Source: an uncultured Bacillota bacterium (lineage in GTDB: Bacteria > Bacillota > Clostridia > Christensenellales > UBA1242). Taken from it: DNA of 64,000 nt. Where the stretch lies: assembly GCA_949292985.1 (NCBI GenBank), contig CASFBF010000008.1:3400-67399 (forward strand), read 5' to 3'. Below, in pieces: positions 21,009-30,875 of the stretch. The translations under genes and the position numbers were made by a program. The notes under the pieces were generated by a model. It saw only the letters and a list, made by a program, of their open reading frames with translations, had not been told where the DNA came from and ran no database searches. Each line of letters starts with the position of its first letter. Position 1 is the stretch's first letter.

Positions 21009-21705
21009 AACTCCCATATTTATGATAGAACAGCGCAGACACATAGCCCTGTTCTATTTTGTTTATAAGCCAATCTGACAAAATAAATTGGCTAACGCAT
21101 ATTAAAACTGCCGTGAAAATAATATACACAGCCATGCCCTTACCTAAACCAAAAATAAAACCCAAAGCCTTATCGGTTACTCGCAAAGATTTAAAATTTA
21201 ACAATCTGCAAACATAAAACTGTGCTATTTTTAAAATAAGGTACACAACAATAATGCTAACAGCGAAAACCAATACTTTTACTATCATATTGTAAAATCG
21301 CGGAATAATTAAACTGGCAACTGTAAACTCACCAGAAAAGGATATATCGGATATAATGTTTAATAGAATTGTTTTGGCAAAAAAAGGAATTTGACATTCT
21401 TCAATTAAAGTAAACATTTGCTCAATACTATTTAACTTTTGCGAAACCAACCTTTCATCAATATTGTTTAACAATGAAGTCAACCAATTCGAAATAGGTC
21501 TTTCCAAAAAACTTGCATCAACAAGCAGACCTGCCAACCAAGAAGTTAGAAAAAAAGCCGTTAGCGTGGCAAGTGCCAAAGAAACCAACGAAAACAAACT
21601 CTTGACAAAGCCTTTAAACATTCCACTTACAGAAAATAAGGCAAGAATTGCTATCAAAATTGTGTTCACGATTATTTTTTTGACTACTTCTAAATTTTTT
21701 TGCAA
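20986..21705 (-). CDS. CvpA-family membrane protein
   Basis: N-terminal pattern ..LALFSVSGMFKGFVKSLFSLVSLALATLTAFF.. typical of colicin V production (CvpA) proteins. 4-5 TM helices. Confidence 0.55.
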   Translation of the reverse strand: MQKNLEVVKKIIVNTILIAILALFSVSGMFKGFVKSLFSLVSLALATLTAFFLTSWLAGLLVDASFLERPISNWLTSLLNNIDERLVSQKLNSIEQMFTLIEECQIPFFAKTILLNIISDISFSGEFTVASLIIPRFYNMIVKVLVFAVSIIVVYLILKIAQFYVCRLLNFKSLRVTDKALGFIFGLGKGMAVYIIFTAVLICVSQFILSDWLINKIEQGYVSALFYHKYGSFILGFLN

Positions 21706-21712
21706 ATTTTAA

Positions 21713-21741
21713 TTGACAATTAAATTTTTGAATGGTATTAT
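21713..21741 (+). promoter_or_regulatory. SigA-type promoter driving the leader plus tRNA-Asn
   Basis: TTGACA (21713-21718), 17-nt spacer, TATTAT (21736-21741). Confidence 0.55.
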
Positions 21742-21747
21742 AACTAT

Positions 21748-21821
21748 CGCAAACAGTTTTTCTCCCTCCCTAACTGATTTGCAAAGCACAAAAGAGTTGC
21801 GATAAGCCATTGAAGGCTTTT
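21748..21821 (+). ncRNA. Candidate small RNA / leader hairpin presenting a C-rich anti-SD-like loop
   Basis: Outer stem tatcgcaa (21745-52) / ttgcgata (21797-804). Inner hairpin cagtt/aactg with a 13-nt loop tttCTCCCTCCCt (21759-71). Weak hairpin aagcc-6nt-ggcttTT at 21804-21821. Confidence 0.3.
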
Positions 21822-21843
21822 CGCAAAGTTCTAGGCTTTAAGT

Positions 21844-21956
21844 ATGCCTCCTTAGCTCAGCGGTGGAGCACGAGGCTGTGCGCTAAGGGCGAAGCCCTGC
21901 GTACGGAGCGACAGCGTAGTTAAACCGATAAAAGGTTAACCAGCCGATGCTCCACA
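21844..21956 (+). other. tRNA-Asn-derived non-canonical element (5'-half copy + insert + inverted copy)
   Basis: 28 nt at 21844-21871 are identical to 21971-21998. The anticodon-arm-like sequence is interrupted by a ~41-nt GC-rich insert. There is no T arm or 3' acceptor strand. 21941-21955 is the reverse complement of the D/anticodon 5' strand. Confidence 0.6.
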
Positions 21957-21972
21957 AATGACAACTTAATAT

Positions 21973-22047
<75 letters not shown>

Positions 22048-22049
22048 AG

Positions 22050-22077
22050 AAAACGGCCTTAAATAAAGCCGTTTTTT
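22050..22077 (+). terminator. Intrinsic terminator after tRNA-Asn
   Basis: aaaacggc-loop-gccgtttt stem followed by a T-run. Confidence 0.7.
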
Positions 22078-22101
22078 GTGTTTTGCTTAAAAAATCAGAT
22101 A

Positions 22102-22130
22102 TTGACAATTATCAATAATGGTGATATAAT
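22102..22130 (+). promoter_or_regulatory. SigA-type promoter for the 22154 ORF
   Basis: TTGACA, 17-nt spacer, TATAAT (consensus); GGAGG RBS before the ATG at 22154. Confidence 0.6.
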
Positions 22131-22153
22131 TTTTGCGATAAACGGAGGATAAC

Positions 22154-22786
22154 ATGCGTTATATTTATAGACATAAACGCGATAAAAAAGTGTCTTCGCC
22201 TTCTGAGTGTTCTTGGAAAGCGGTTGTTCATGCACGCTTTGGCAGAAAATTAAAAATAGAAATAACCGAACAAACAGCATCTATAAAAAGGCCAAAGTTC
22301 ACCTACACCTTTTCAAAATATGACAAAACATCTTGCTCTGCTTTTCGACCTTTTGAACTAGACAGGCTTGAAGATGTTTTGACCAGCCTATTAAATGATT
22401 GCACCGCCAAATATTACAACAAGCCTAAAAGAATTGAATATTTAATTCAAAAATCTCCAGCGGTTATCATAAACAGGGCTTCGTTTAAAAAGGCTTACGA
22501 AAACGCTTTGAACACATTGGTGACTCGCAAAACAGAAAAATTATTAAAAACCAACAAAAATATTTCCGCAGTAAACAATAAAATTGAAAACTATAAAGCG
22601 AACTTGGAGCACTTTTATAATTGGAAAACCAAACAAATTGAATTGGACTTGAGCGCTATTCAAATAAACACTTCGGTTAAAGATTACAGTTTTTCCTCTA
22701 TTTCACAAAGTAATAATGCTTTACAACAAATCATTGAACCAGATACACAAAATGCAAACGAAGCAGAACCAAAACGAGAATTATAA
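22154..22786 (+). CDS. Hypothetical protein (210 aa)
   Basis: ORF with a consensus promoter and RBS. No recognisable motif. Confidence 0.55.
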   Translation: MRYIYRHKRDKKVSSPSECSWKAVVHARFGRKLKIEITEQTASIKRPKFTYTFSKYDKTSCSAFRPFELDRLEDVLTSLLNDCTAKYYNKPKRIEYLIQKSPAVIINRASFKKAYENALNTLVTRKTEKLLKTNKNISAVNNKIENYKANLEHFYNWKTKQIELDLSAIQINTSVKDYSFSSISQSNNALQQIIEPDTQNANEAEPKREL

Positions 22787-22801
22787 AAAATAGGCTTGTG
22801 C

Positions 22802-24676
22802 CTATTTTTTTGTTGCCTTTTTAAGTTCTGAATATGTAAATTTACAATCTTTAACCAACATGGTATGCAGTCCCAAATCCTTGGCTGGGTGTATATCATG
22901 ATTTTGGGAATCGCCCACCATTAAAACTTCACTGCTTACCAAATCATTCTCTTTCATTAACATATTTAATATAGGCTTTTTAGAATAATCATTTTTGTCA
23001 AATTGGTTAACATATATTTTTTCAAAGTTTGACAAATCTATGCCTAATAGTTTTGAAGTCTCAATAATGTTTTTTTGTGAGGAGTTTGAAGCTATGAACA
23101 ATCTATAATTTTTTTTCAATTTTTGTAAAAGTTTGTTTGATATTGCTTCAGCCTTAGAATAATCCAGTTTATACCCATTTTCATCTCTGCAACTTAACCA
23201 AGTTGAGACATCTTTATTTTGTTCTATTAAGTTTTTTACTATGTCTTCATCGGTGTTTACTACAACATTTTTTCCTAACAATTTTTTTGCCACTTTTTTA
23301 CAGTATTTATTCCAAGGCTCCCAATCCACACCACTGTATAGAGTATCATCAAAATCAAAAACAATGGCCTTGACATCATTTATTCCCGTCCAGTTTTTCC
23401 TTTTAAACAATATAAGATTTACTACAATCATTGCAATTGAAGAGAAATACATTACCCCATATGCAAAGAAAATATTAGTAGGCAAATATGCCACCACAAC
23501 ATAAAGGGTTATATAGTAAACACTTAAAAATGAATACAGTATTATTTGTGCTTTTGTTTTTCCTCCCATCGACATTATGTAAGAATATAAACACCATTCA
23601 ACAAAATTTAAAAAATAGCCAAAAACATACAAAAAGTAAGTTTGCATTCCTGTTTCAAATAGTTCAGTATTAAGCCCCAACATAAGTGGATAGAAAATTA
23701 TTCCAGAAATGATTAAATATCCCACCCAAGTCCATATCGAGATATAAATAGTCCACTTGCCCACCTGAAACGCATCATCATACTTTCTCTCTCCAATACG
23801 CCTAGAAATTTGAACACTACAAATATACATAAACGCAAAGTATACATTTGCTAATATGTCTAACACATTTTCAAAATAGGAATAAGTATCATATATGTAC
23901 ACGCTTAATTTCAACAAAAACAATGCTTCCATTGTGTATGCAATTTGCCAAGCAAACTCAACAGAAATCCTGCTTATTATAAATCCTAATTCTTTTAAAG
24001 AAAGATTTTTAAAACTTATTTTGAAAATGTTTATATTTAGTTCTCTTTTATATACAAAAACCATGTAAACAAAATTTAATAATTGCGCCAAAAAGAAAAT
24101 CAAAGGAATAAAATTAAGGGAAATTCCGCCTGTAAGATACACTATACAAAATCCGCAGATTGTAGTAAGCGCATTTATAATAGTTGAAGTCATTGAATAT
24201 TTATCTAAATCAAAAGCGCGTAACGCACGCTCGTAGTATTTAGTGATAGACATAAAAGCAATATAACAAAGCATCATATAATAAAACGCTTGATTAGAAG
24301 CCTCCTCAAGACCAAAAACGCCAAACAGAATTTGCTCTCTTAAAGCAATAATTATTGCAACTCCTATTATTGTAATAACAACATTTACCATAGAGCAAAC
24401 TTGCAGTTTTTGTTGTTTTGATTTTTTGTCTTTTGCCAAGCAAACAATCGCACTTTGAACTGCTCCAAAACTTATAATGTCAACAAAAAACAAAATCGTA
24501 ATAAGCGAGTTGTAATATGTAAGTGCAGATAAATTCATGGTGTTAGTAAATATGGCGGTTATCAACCACATTATTGAAGTTGACAACCCCATAATAATAA
24601 ACCACTTTGATTCCTTTATAACGGTTTTAAAAAACTTCCAAAATCCACCCGAAATAGAGATATTTCTTTCTTCCAA
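22802..24676 (-). CDS. Fusion protein: MATE/MOP-like polytopic membrane domain + C-terminal HAD-superfamily phosphatase
   Basis: About 430 aa with ~12 hydrophobic helices, then HAD motif I VFDFDDTLY, motif II ..IASNSS.., motif IV MVGDSQNHDI. Starts 3 nt after asnS, so it is the last gene of that operon. Confidence 0.7.
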   Translation of the reverse strand: MEERNISISGGFWKFFKTVIKESKWFIIMGLSTSIMWLITAIFTNTMNLSALTYYNSLITILFFVDIISFGAVQSAIVCLAKDKKSKQQKLQVCSMVNVVITIIGVAIIIALREQILFGVFGLEEASNQAFYYMMLCYIAFMSITKYYERALRAFDLDKYSMTSTIINALTTICGFCIVYLTGGISLNFIPLIFFLAQLLNFVYMVFVYKRELNINIFKISFKNLSLKELGFIISRISVEFAWQIAYTMEALFLLKLSVYIYDTYSYFENVLDILANVYFAFMYICSVQISRRIGERKYDDAFQVGKWTIYISIWTWVGYLIISGIIFYPLMLGLNTELFETGMQTYFLYVFGYFLNFVEWCLYSYIMSMGGKTKAQIILYSFLSVYYITLYVVVAYLPTNIFFAYGVMYFSSIAMIVVNLILFKRKNWTGINDVKAIVFDFDDTLYSGVDWEPWNKYCKKVAKKLLGKNVVVNTDEDIVKNLIEQNKDVSTWLSCRDENGYKLDYSKAEAISNKLLQKLKKNYRLFIASNSSQKNIIETSKLLGIDLSNFEKIYVNQFDKNDYSKKPILNMLMKENDLVSSEVLMVGDSQNHDIHPAKDLGLHTMLVKDCKFTYSELKKATKK

Positions 24677-24678
24677 AC

Positions 24679-26067
24679 CTATCCCTCCAAAGAGCCAACG
24701 GTTCTTGGGAAGATTTCAACATCACGAATGTTGGATATGCCTGTTAAATACATAACCATTCTTTCAAAACCTAAGCCGTATCCAGAATGTTTGTTTGTTC
24801 CATATCTTCTTGTGTCTAAGTACCACTTGTAATCTTCTTCTTTAAGGCCTAGTTCTGCCATTCTAGATTTTAAAACATCTAAACGCTCTTCTCTTTGACT
24901 TCCGCCAATAAGTTCGCCAATTCCAGGAACAAGAAGGTCAACTGCTGCAACAGTTTTGCCGTCGTCATTTAATCTCATATAGAACGCTTTAATTTCTTTT
25001 GGATAGTTTGTTAAAAACACAGGTTTTTTATGAACTTCTTCTGTAAGATATCTTTCATGCTCAGATTGTAGGTCTACCCCCCACTTAACAGGGAAAACAA
25101 ACTTTTTGTCTGCTTTTAAAAGTATGTCTATCGCCTTAGTGTAATCAAGCCTTACAAACTTGCTTTCAACAATATTTTTAAGCCTGTCAATAAGCCCATT
25201 GTCAACAAATCTGTTTAAAAACTCCATTTCATCTTTACAGTTTTCAAGCACATATGAGATAACATATTTAACCATTTCTTCTTCGTTATCCATAAGTTCT
25301 TCAAGTTCGCAGAAACACATTTCTGGCTCCATCATCCAAAACTCTGCCGCATGGCGAGTAGTGTTAGATTTTTCTGCCCTGAATGTCGGTCCAAAAGTGT
25401 AGGTTTTTCCAAAAGCATGAGTTAAGCACTCTTCGTTCAACTGACCTGAAACCGTTAATGATGCTTTTTTGCCAAAAAAATCTTTTGAATAATCAATCTT
25501 ACCGTCTTTCATTGGCGGTTTATCTATATTTAAAGTTGTTACTTGAAACATCTCTCCTGCGCCTTCGCAGTCGCTTCCTGTGATAATTGGTGTATGGACA
25601 TAAACAAAATTGCGCTCATTAAAGTATTTATGAATTGCAAAAGCGGCAACCGAACGAACTCTAAAAACTGCGTTAAAAAGGTTTCCTCTTGCGCGTATAA
25701 AAGGAATGCTACGCAAAAATTCAATGGTGTGCCCTTTCTTTTGAAGCGGATAATCTGTTGCGCTTTCCCCCAAAACATCCGCCTTATCCGCATTTATTTC
25801 AAACGGTTGTTTAGCCTGAGGAGTAACAATAACTTTACCTTCTATTTCAAAAGATGCGCCGACATTTTGCTTTACAAGAATATCGTAATTTTCAAGCTTT
25901 GCTCTTTCTAAAACAATTTGAACACTTTTAAAAGCGCCATCGTTAAGTTCAATGAACCCTATGTTTTTTGAATCTCTAACTGTTCTTGCCCAACCGCAAA
26001 CTTTGATGACTTTGCCATCATATTTTTGAAAATCTTTTTGTAAATCTTTCAATTCAACTCTTTTCAT
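24679..26067 (-). CDS. asnS: Asparaginyl-tRNA synthetase
   Basis: [59 protein letters not shown] class II motifs. Confidence 0.93.
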   Translation of the reverse strand: MKRVELKDLQKDFQKYDGKVIKVCGWARTVRDSKNIGFIELNDGAFKSVQIVLERAKLENYDILVKQNVGASFEIEGKVIVTPQAKQPFEINADKADVLGESATDYPLQKKGHTIEFLRSIPFIRARGNLFNAVFRVRSVAAFAIHKYFNERNFVYVHTPIITGSDCEGAGEMFQVTTLNIDKPPMKDGKIDYSKDFFGKKASLTVSGQLNEECLTHAFGKTYTFGPTFRAEKSNTTRHAAEFWMMEPEMCFCELEELMDNEEEMVKYVISYVLENCKDEMEFLNRFVDNGLIDRLKNIVESKFVRLDYTKAIDILLKADKKFVFPVKWGVDLQSEHERYLTEEVHKKPVFLTNYPKEIKAFYMRLNDDGKTVAAVDLLVPGIGELIGGSQREERLDVLKSRMAELGLKEEDYKWYLDTRRYGTNKHSGYGLGFERMVMYLTGISNIRDVEIFPRTVGSLEG

Positions 26068-27812
26068 TTCTTTTCCTCTAAATCTAATTTTATGTGAACA
26101 TCTCTAAGTTGCTCGTCAAATGGTCTAGATGGAGAACCCATCAGTAAATCTCTGCCATTTTTGTTTAATGGAAATGCAATAACTTCACGCAGACTGTCCT
26201 GATCCATAATTGGCATAAGCATTCTGTCAAACCCAAACGCAGCGCCTGCGTGTGGTGGCGCCCCATATTGAAAAGCATTGTAAAGTGCTGGGAATTTATT
26301 TTCCACAACTTCTTTTGGGTAACCCGCAATCTCAAAGGCTTTAACCATTATTTCTGGGTCATGATTTCTTATTGCCCCTGAAAGCATTTCGTAACCATTG
26401 CAAACAAGGTCATACTGATAAGCAACAATATCAAATGGATTTTTATTGTTAAGCGCTTCAAGTTCGCCTTGTGGCATAGAGAAAGGATTGTGCGCAAAAT
26501 CTGGCTTGCCTGTGTCTGGATTTTTTTCATAGAAAGGAAAATCAATAATCCAGCAAAACTCAACTTTGTTTTTGTCGATAAGTTCAAGTTTTTCTCCAAG
26601 TTCGTTTCTTAAAGCGCCAGCAAGATAAGTTGCTTTATCTTCTTCATCACCTACAAAAACAACAGCCTCGCCTTCTTTCAAATTAAAAATGTTTTGCAGT
26701 GATTGTTTTTCGTTTTCTGAAAGTATTTTGGAAATTGAACCTGTAAACTGACCTTCGTTTATCTTAATCCATGCTGCGCCCTTTCCTTCAATAGAAACGA
26801 TAAACTGGCTTATTTCGTCAAAGAATTTTCTAGATTTTTGCGACGCATCAATTTTAATTGCTTTAACTGTTTTACCTTTTAAAAATGATATTTCGCTATT
26901 TTTGAAAAGTTCGGTAACATCATTAACAATCAATGGATTTCTCAAATCTGGTTTGTCGGAGCAATATTTTTCCATAGCCTCACGCCATTTAATTCTTCTG
27001 AATGGAGCGTTGCAAACATCAAGCGATGTAAAGTTTTTAAAAATTTCTGTTGCCAAAATTTCGCAAACTTCAAAAACATCGTCCTGCGTTGCGAACGCCA
27101 TTTCAAGGTCTATTTGATAAAATTCGCCCGGAGTTCTATCTGCCCTTGCTGCCTCATTTCTAAAACATGGAGCAATTTGAAAATATCTATCAAACCCACT
27201 CACCATCAACAGTTGTTTAAATTGTTGTGGTGATTGTGGCAAAGCATAAAACTCTCCCGGCGCTAATATTGTTGGAACAATAAAGTCTCTTGCCCCTTCT
27301 GGTGATGTGTTGGCAAGAATTGGAGTTTGAAATTCTGTAAAGCCAAGAGATGTAAGTTTATCTCTTACAAACTTTAATATTTGTGCCCTTTTTAAAATTC
27401 GGTTGTGTAAATCCGGATGGCGTAAATCTAAAAATCTGTATTTAAGCCTTAATTCCTCTTTTGTTTGTGGAGCGTCTGAAACTTCAAAAGGTAGCACGTT
27501 TTTGCATTTTCCTAAAATTTCAATATTTTTTGCCTCAACCTCAATATCACCTGTTGGCATTTTAGGGTTTTTACTTTCTCTTTCAACAACCTTGCCTTCA
27601 ACCCTAATAACACTTTCTTTAATAATTCCTTCTAAAAGATTTTCATCTCTTACAAGAATTTGTGTGACGCCATAATTGTCCCTTAGTGTTAAAAAAGTTA
27701 TTCCGCCAAGACGACGAATAGAATTAACCCAACCAGAAAGTCTAACTTCTTTTCCTGCATCAGTAATTCTAAGTTGTTCACAAGTGTGAGTTCTATATTT
27801 ATTTTCTTTCAT
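26064..27812 (-). CDS. aspS: Aspartyl-tRNA synthetase (bacterial type)
   Basis: [59 protein letters not shown]. Start at 27812 (AAGGAG RBS). The upstream extension in the ORF track lies in the T-box leader. Confidence 0.93.
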   Translation of the reverse strand: MKENKYRTHTCEQLRITDAGKEVRLSGWVNSIRRLGGITFLTLRDNYGVTQILVRDENLLEGIIKESVIRVEGKVVERESKNPKMPTGDIEVEAKNIEILGKCKNVLPFEVSDAPQTKEELRLKYRFLDLRHPDLHNRILKRAQILKFVRDKLTSLGFTEFQTPILANTSPEGARDFIVPTILAPGEFYALPQSPQQFKQLLMVSGFDRYFQIAPCFRNEAARADRTPGEFYQIDLEMAFATQDDVFEVCEILATEIFKNFTSLDVCNAPFRRIKWREAMEKYCSDKPDLRNPLIVNDVTELFKNSEISFLKGKTVKAIKIDASQKSRKFFDEISQFIVSIEGKGAAWIKINEGQFTGSISKILSENEKQSLQNIFNLKEGEAVVFVGDEEDKATYLAGALRNELGEKLELIDKNKVEFCWIIDFPFYEKNPDTGKPDFAHNPFSMPQGELEALNNKNPFDIVAYQYDLVCNGYEMLSGAIRNHDPEIMVKAFEIAGYPKEVVENKFPALYNAFQYGAPPHAGAAFGFDRMLMPIMDQDSLREVIAFPLNKNGRDLLMGSPSRPFDEQLRDVHIKLDLEEKK

Positions 27813-27829
27813 TTTGTTCTCCTTTTTAA

Positions 27830-28056
27830 TATAAAAAAACCTAACACATTTCTCTGTGTTAGGACGAAAAATAACTTTCCCGCGGTGCCACCTAACTTGC
27901 CAAATGGCCACTTAAAAAACATGCTTTAACGGGCTATCCCGACCAAACTTGGAAAACTGTTCTTTGGGTTTAATGCTTGCCGTCGGCGGTTTTCACTATC
28001 CCGCCTCACTGTTGACCGCTTAGAAAACTTACTCTGTTTTTCCTCAAACGCTTGAT
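27830..28056 (-). promoter_or_regulatory. T-box riboswitch leader (Asp/Asn specific) with terminator/antiterminator
   Basis: On the minus strand: AGAGTA and AGTGA stem I elements, conserved T-box AGGTGGCACCGCGGG (27879-27893), and terminator cctaacaca-gagaaa-tgtgttagg + T7 (27833-27863). The UGGC bulge matches discriminator G. Confidence 0.85.
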
Positions 28057-28062
28057 ATCAAA

Positions 28063-28091
28063 ATTATATTCACTTAACAATTCTTTGTCAA
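28063..28091 (-). promoter_or_regulatory. SigA-type promoter of the aspS-asnS operon
   Basis: Minus strand TTGACA (28091-28086), 17-nt spacer, TATAAT (28068-28063). Confidence 0.7.
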
Positions 28092-28101
28092 GCGCATTTG
28101 C

Positions 28102-29169
28102 CTAGTTGTTTTCAAGTTTTCCGTTTTGAATTTTAATAATTTTTCCTTCGCAAAAACTTTCGTCTGTTGTGGTTATAAAAGTTTGACAACGAGATGTAAA
28201 TTTTAAAAGTCTTTGTCTGCGCCCTGCATCAAGTTCAGAAAAAACATCGTCTAAAATCAGAACTGGATATTCACCAGTTTTTTCTTTGATTATTTCAAGT
28301 TCGGCAAGTTTTAAGGCTAATGCTGCTGTTCTCTGTTGCCCCTGTGAACCAAAATTTTTTACTTCAACTCCGTTTAAGTAAATGTCGATATCATCTCTAT
28401 GCGGACCAAATGTTGTATAACCAAGTTTAAAATCTTTTTCAAAACTTTTTTCAAGTTTAGAAATATATTCTTCTTCACTTTCAACTTTTATTCCATTATA
28501 TTCAACAACCAAATTTTCGCCGTTTGAAATAAATTTATTTGCCATGTCAGCATATGGTGCAATTTTTTTAATAAACTCTGCTCTCTCTTTTGCAATTTTA
28601 ATCCCCGCCGACGCAATCGCCCTATTCCAAATATCAACGGTCTCTAAAATAACTTCTTTATTTGTTGTTGATTTTAAAAGTTTGTTTCGGTTGTCTAAAA
28701 TTTTTTCATATCTTGAAAGAAGATAAAAATATTTTTTATTTGTTTGGGATATGTCTATGTTCATGAATCTGCGTCTTTCTTCTGGACTATCTTTAACAAG
28801 TTTAAGTTCATCTGGTGAAAAGAAAACTATTGGCACTTCACCCAAAACATCACCTATTCGTCTGATGTTTATGCCGTCCATTCGCACGATTTTTTTGCAA
28901 CCTTTTTGTAAAATAACTTTTATTTCTTTGTTTCTAATTTGATTGCTTGCTTGCAAAGTAACACTTCCTGCGTCTTTGCCCCAAGAAAGAAGTTCTTTCT
29001 CTTTGCTTGTTCTAAAACTTTTGCCTATGCATGCAAAATAAATTGCTTCAATCAAATTGGTTTTACCCTGAGCATTTTTACCCACCAAAGAATTTACGCC
29101 CGGAGAAAACATGATTTGAGCGTTTGAGTAATTTCTAAAATTTTCAAGTTTTAAAGATGCAATTTTCAT
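28102..29169 (-). CDS. recF: DNA replication/repair protein RecF
   Basis: LKLENFRNY, Walker A GKNAQGKTNLIEAI, signature GSQGQQRT, Walker B VLILDDV. Confidence 0.9.
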   Translation of the reverse strand: MKIASLKLENFRNYSNAQIMFSPGVNSLVGKNAQGKTNLIEAIYFACIGKSFRTSKEKELLSWGKDAGSVTLQASNQIRNKEIKVILQKGCKKIVRMDGINIRRIGDVLGEVPIVFFSPDELKLVKDSPEERRRFMNIDISQTNKKYFYLLSRYEKILDNRNKLLKSTTNKEVILETVDIWNRAIASAGIKIAKERAEFIKKIAPYADMANKFISNGENLVVEYNGIKVESEEEYISKLEKSFEKDFKLGYTTFGPHRDDIDIYLNGVEVKNFGSQGQQRTAALALKLAELEIIKEKTGEYPVLILDDVFSELDAGRRQRLLKFTSRCQTFITTTDESFCEGKIIKIQNGKLENN

Positions 29170-29309
29170 TTTTCGTATTATAACATATTTGAATAAGTTT
29201 TCATCTTTTTATTCTTTCCTTTTGTAACAAAAAAATAATTTTACGATTTTATCCCGACCTTGCTTGACTTAACCTTGTTCAATGTGTAAAATTAAAGTAA
29301 GGAAAAATT

Positions 29310-30662
29310 ATGCAAGAGATAAACAATCTGTGGAATATTGTTTTAGAAAAATTGGAACTTTCTGTTTCCAATGTTTCTTTTGTTATGTGGTTTAAACCGT
29401 TAAAGGTTGTTGATATGACGGAAAACAGCACTCTGTTCCTTTCAACAAAATCAACCTTTGCAAAAAATCAAATTCTAAAAAATTACTTTGATAAACTAAA
29501 AAGTGCAACTGCTGATGTTTTTGGTGAAAATGTGGAAATTGAAATTTTAGACCCGGCAGAAGAGGCTCAATATATTGCTAAAAACAAACCAAAAACAGCA
29601 ACTCTTGATGTTGAAGCAAACAAAAATCCGTTCAATCCAAAATACACATTCAACAATTATGTAGTTGGAAAATGCAATCAAACAGCCTACGCTGCGGCTC
29701 GTGCTGTGGCTGAAAAACCTGGAAAAACATTTAACCCATTATTCATATATGGTGGCGTAGGACTTGGAAAAACTCACTTATTACACGCAATAGGCAATTA
29801 TATAAGAGAAGCAAGCCCTAAGTTAAAAATTAAATATGTAACTTGCGAACAGTTTACAAACGACTATATAGAATCACTTGGTTCGGCAAGCAAAACAAAA
29901 ACATATTCAGAATTCAGAGATAAATACAGAAGTTGTGATGTGCTTATGGTTGACGATATCCAATTCATATCTAAAAAGACAAGCACACAGGAAGAATTCT
30001 TCAACACATTCAACGATCTTCATCAGTATGGCAAACAGATTATTATTTCTTCCGACCGTCCACCTAAGGAAATTGAAACTTTGGAAGAAAGGTTGCGTTC
30101 TCGTTTCACTATGGGGCTTATTCAAGATTTGCAATCGCCAGATTTTGAAACAAGAGTCGCTATTTTAAGAAAGAAATGCCAAATAGAAAAATACTCAATC
30201 ACCGATGAAGCCCTATCCTACATTGCTGATAAGATAGACTCCAATGTAAGAGAACTTGAAGGAATGCTGTCAAAAGTTTGTTTCCTTTCAAACCTTATTG
30301 GAAAAACAACTGCCGATCTAAATGATGTTAAAGAGGCTTTTGACGATAAGTACGAAGAGAAAAATGAAGGCGGGGCAAATGCCGACCAAATAATTTCAGC
30401 CGTATGCGAGTACTTTGATATTTCACATGCAGACATTGTTGGCAAGAAAAAATCAAAGGATATAGTTGAGCCTAGAATGATTGCCATTTATATGATAAGC
30501 GAAATGCTTGAACTGCCATTAGTCACAATTGGAAAAATCTTTGGTGGCAGAGACCATACCACAATTATGCATGCAAGAGATAAAATTACAGATGAAATGA
30601 AGCACAACAGAAAAACACAAACCTTTGTAAGTGAAATCAAGAAAATGTTAACAAGTGGATAA
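29310..30662 (+). CDS. dnaA: Chromosomal replication initiator DnaA
   Basis: NPLFIYGGVGLGKTHLLHAIGN, VDDIQF, the RELEGML box and C-terminal DNA-binding domain ..GGRDHTTIMHA. Confidence 0.95.
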   Translation: MQEINNLWNIVLEKLELSVSNVSFVMWFKPLKVVDMTENSTLFLSTKSTFAKNQILKNYFDKLKSATADVFGENVEIEILDPAEEAQYIAKNKPKTATLDVEANKNPFNPKYTFNNYVVGKCNQTAYAAARAVAEKPGKTFNPLFIYGGVGLGKTHLLHAIGNYIREASPKLKIKYVTCEQFTNDYIESLGSASKTKTYSEFRDKYRSCDVLMVDDIQFISKKTSTQEEFFNTFNDLHQYGKQIIISSDRPPKEIETLEERLRSRFTMGLIQDLQSPDFETRVAILRKKCQIEKYSITDEALSYIADKIDSNVRELEGMLSKVCFLSNLIGKTTADLNDVKEAFDDKYEEKNEGGANADQIISAVCEYFDISHADIVGKKKSKDIVEPRMIAIYMISEMLELPLVTIGKIFGGRDHTTIMHARDKITDEMKHNRKTQTFVSEIKKMLTSG

Positions 30663-30875
30663 CTTACCAAACTTACACACATAGTTATAAACATTTTATC
30701 CACAAAATATGAAACTGTATATTGTGTAACAAATCCCAAAATTTTGACAAAAAAACACAATAAATAGTTTGAACATAAACTTGTCCACATTTACACAATC
30801 ACTAATATTAAGTCTAGTATTTTAAAAAAATTAAATAATTATATCAAGGGCGCGCGCCAAAGGAGATAAAGAAAA
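30663..30875. other. Probable oriC segment (DnaA boxes + AT-rich unwinding region) in the dnaA-dnaN spacer
   Basis: Perfect TTATCCACA at 30696-30704. One-mismatch boxes TTACACACA (30673-81) and TTGTCCACA (30781-89), plus weaker ones. AT-only tract 30818-30845, then the GC palindrome ggcgcgcgcc (30849-58). Confidence 0.65.

Noticed and set aside
29170-29309. A second DnaA-box cluster upstream of dnaA
   Set aside because: Only weak partial matches (ttatcccga, tgtgtaaaa) were seen, which is not enough to call a box cluster. The stretch mainly holds the dnaA promoter (TTGACT-17-TAAAAT).
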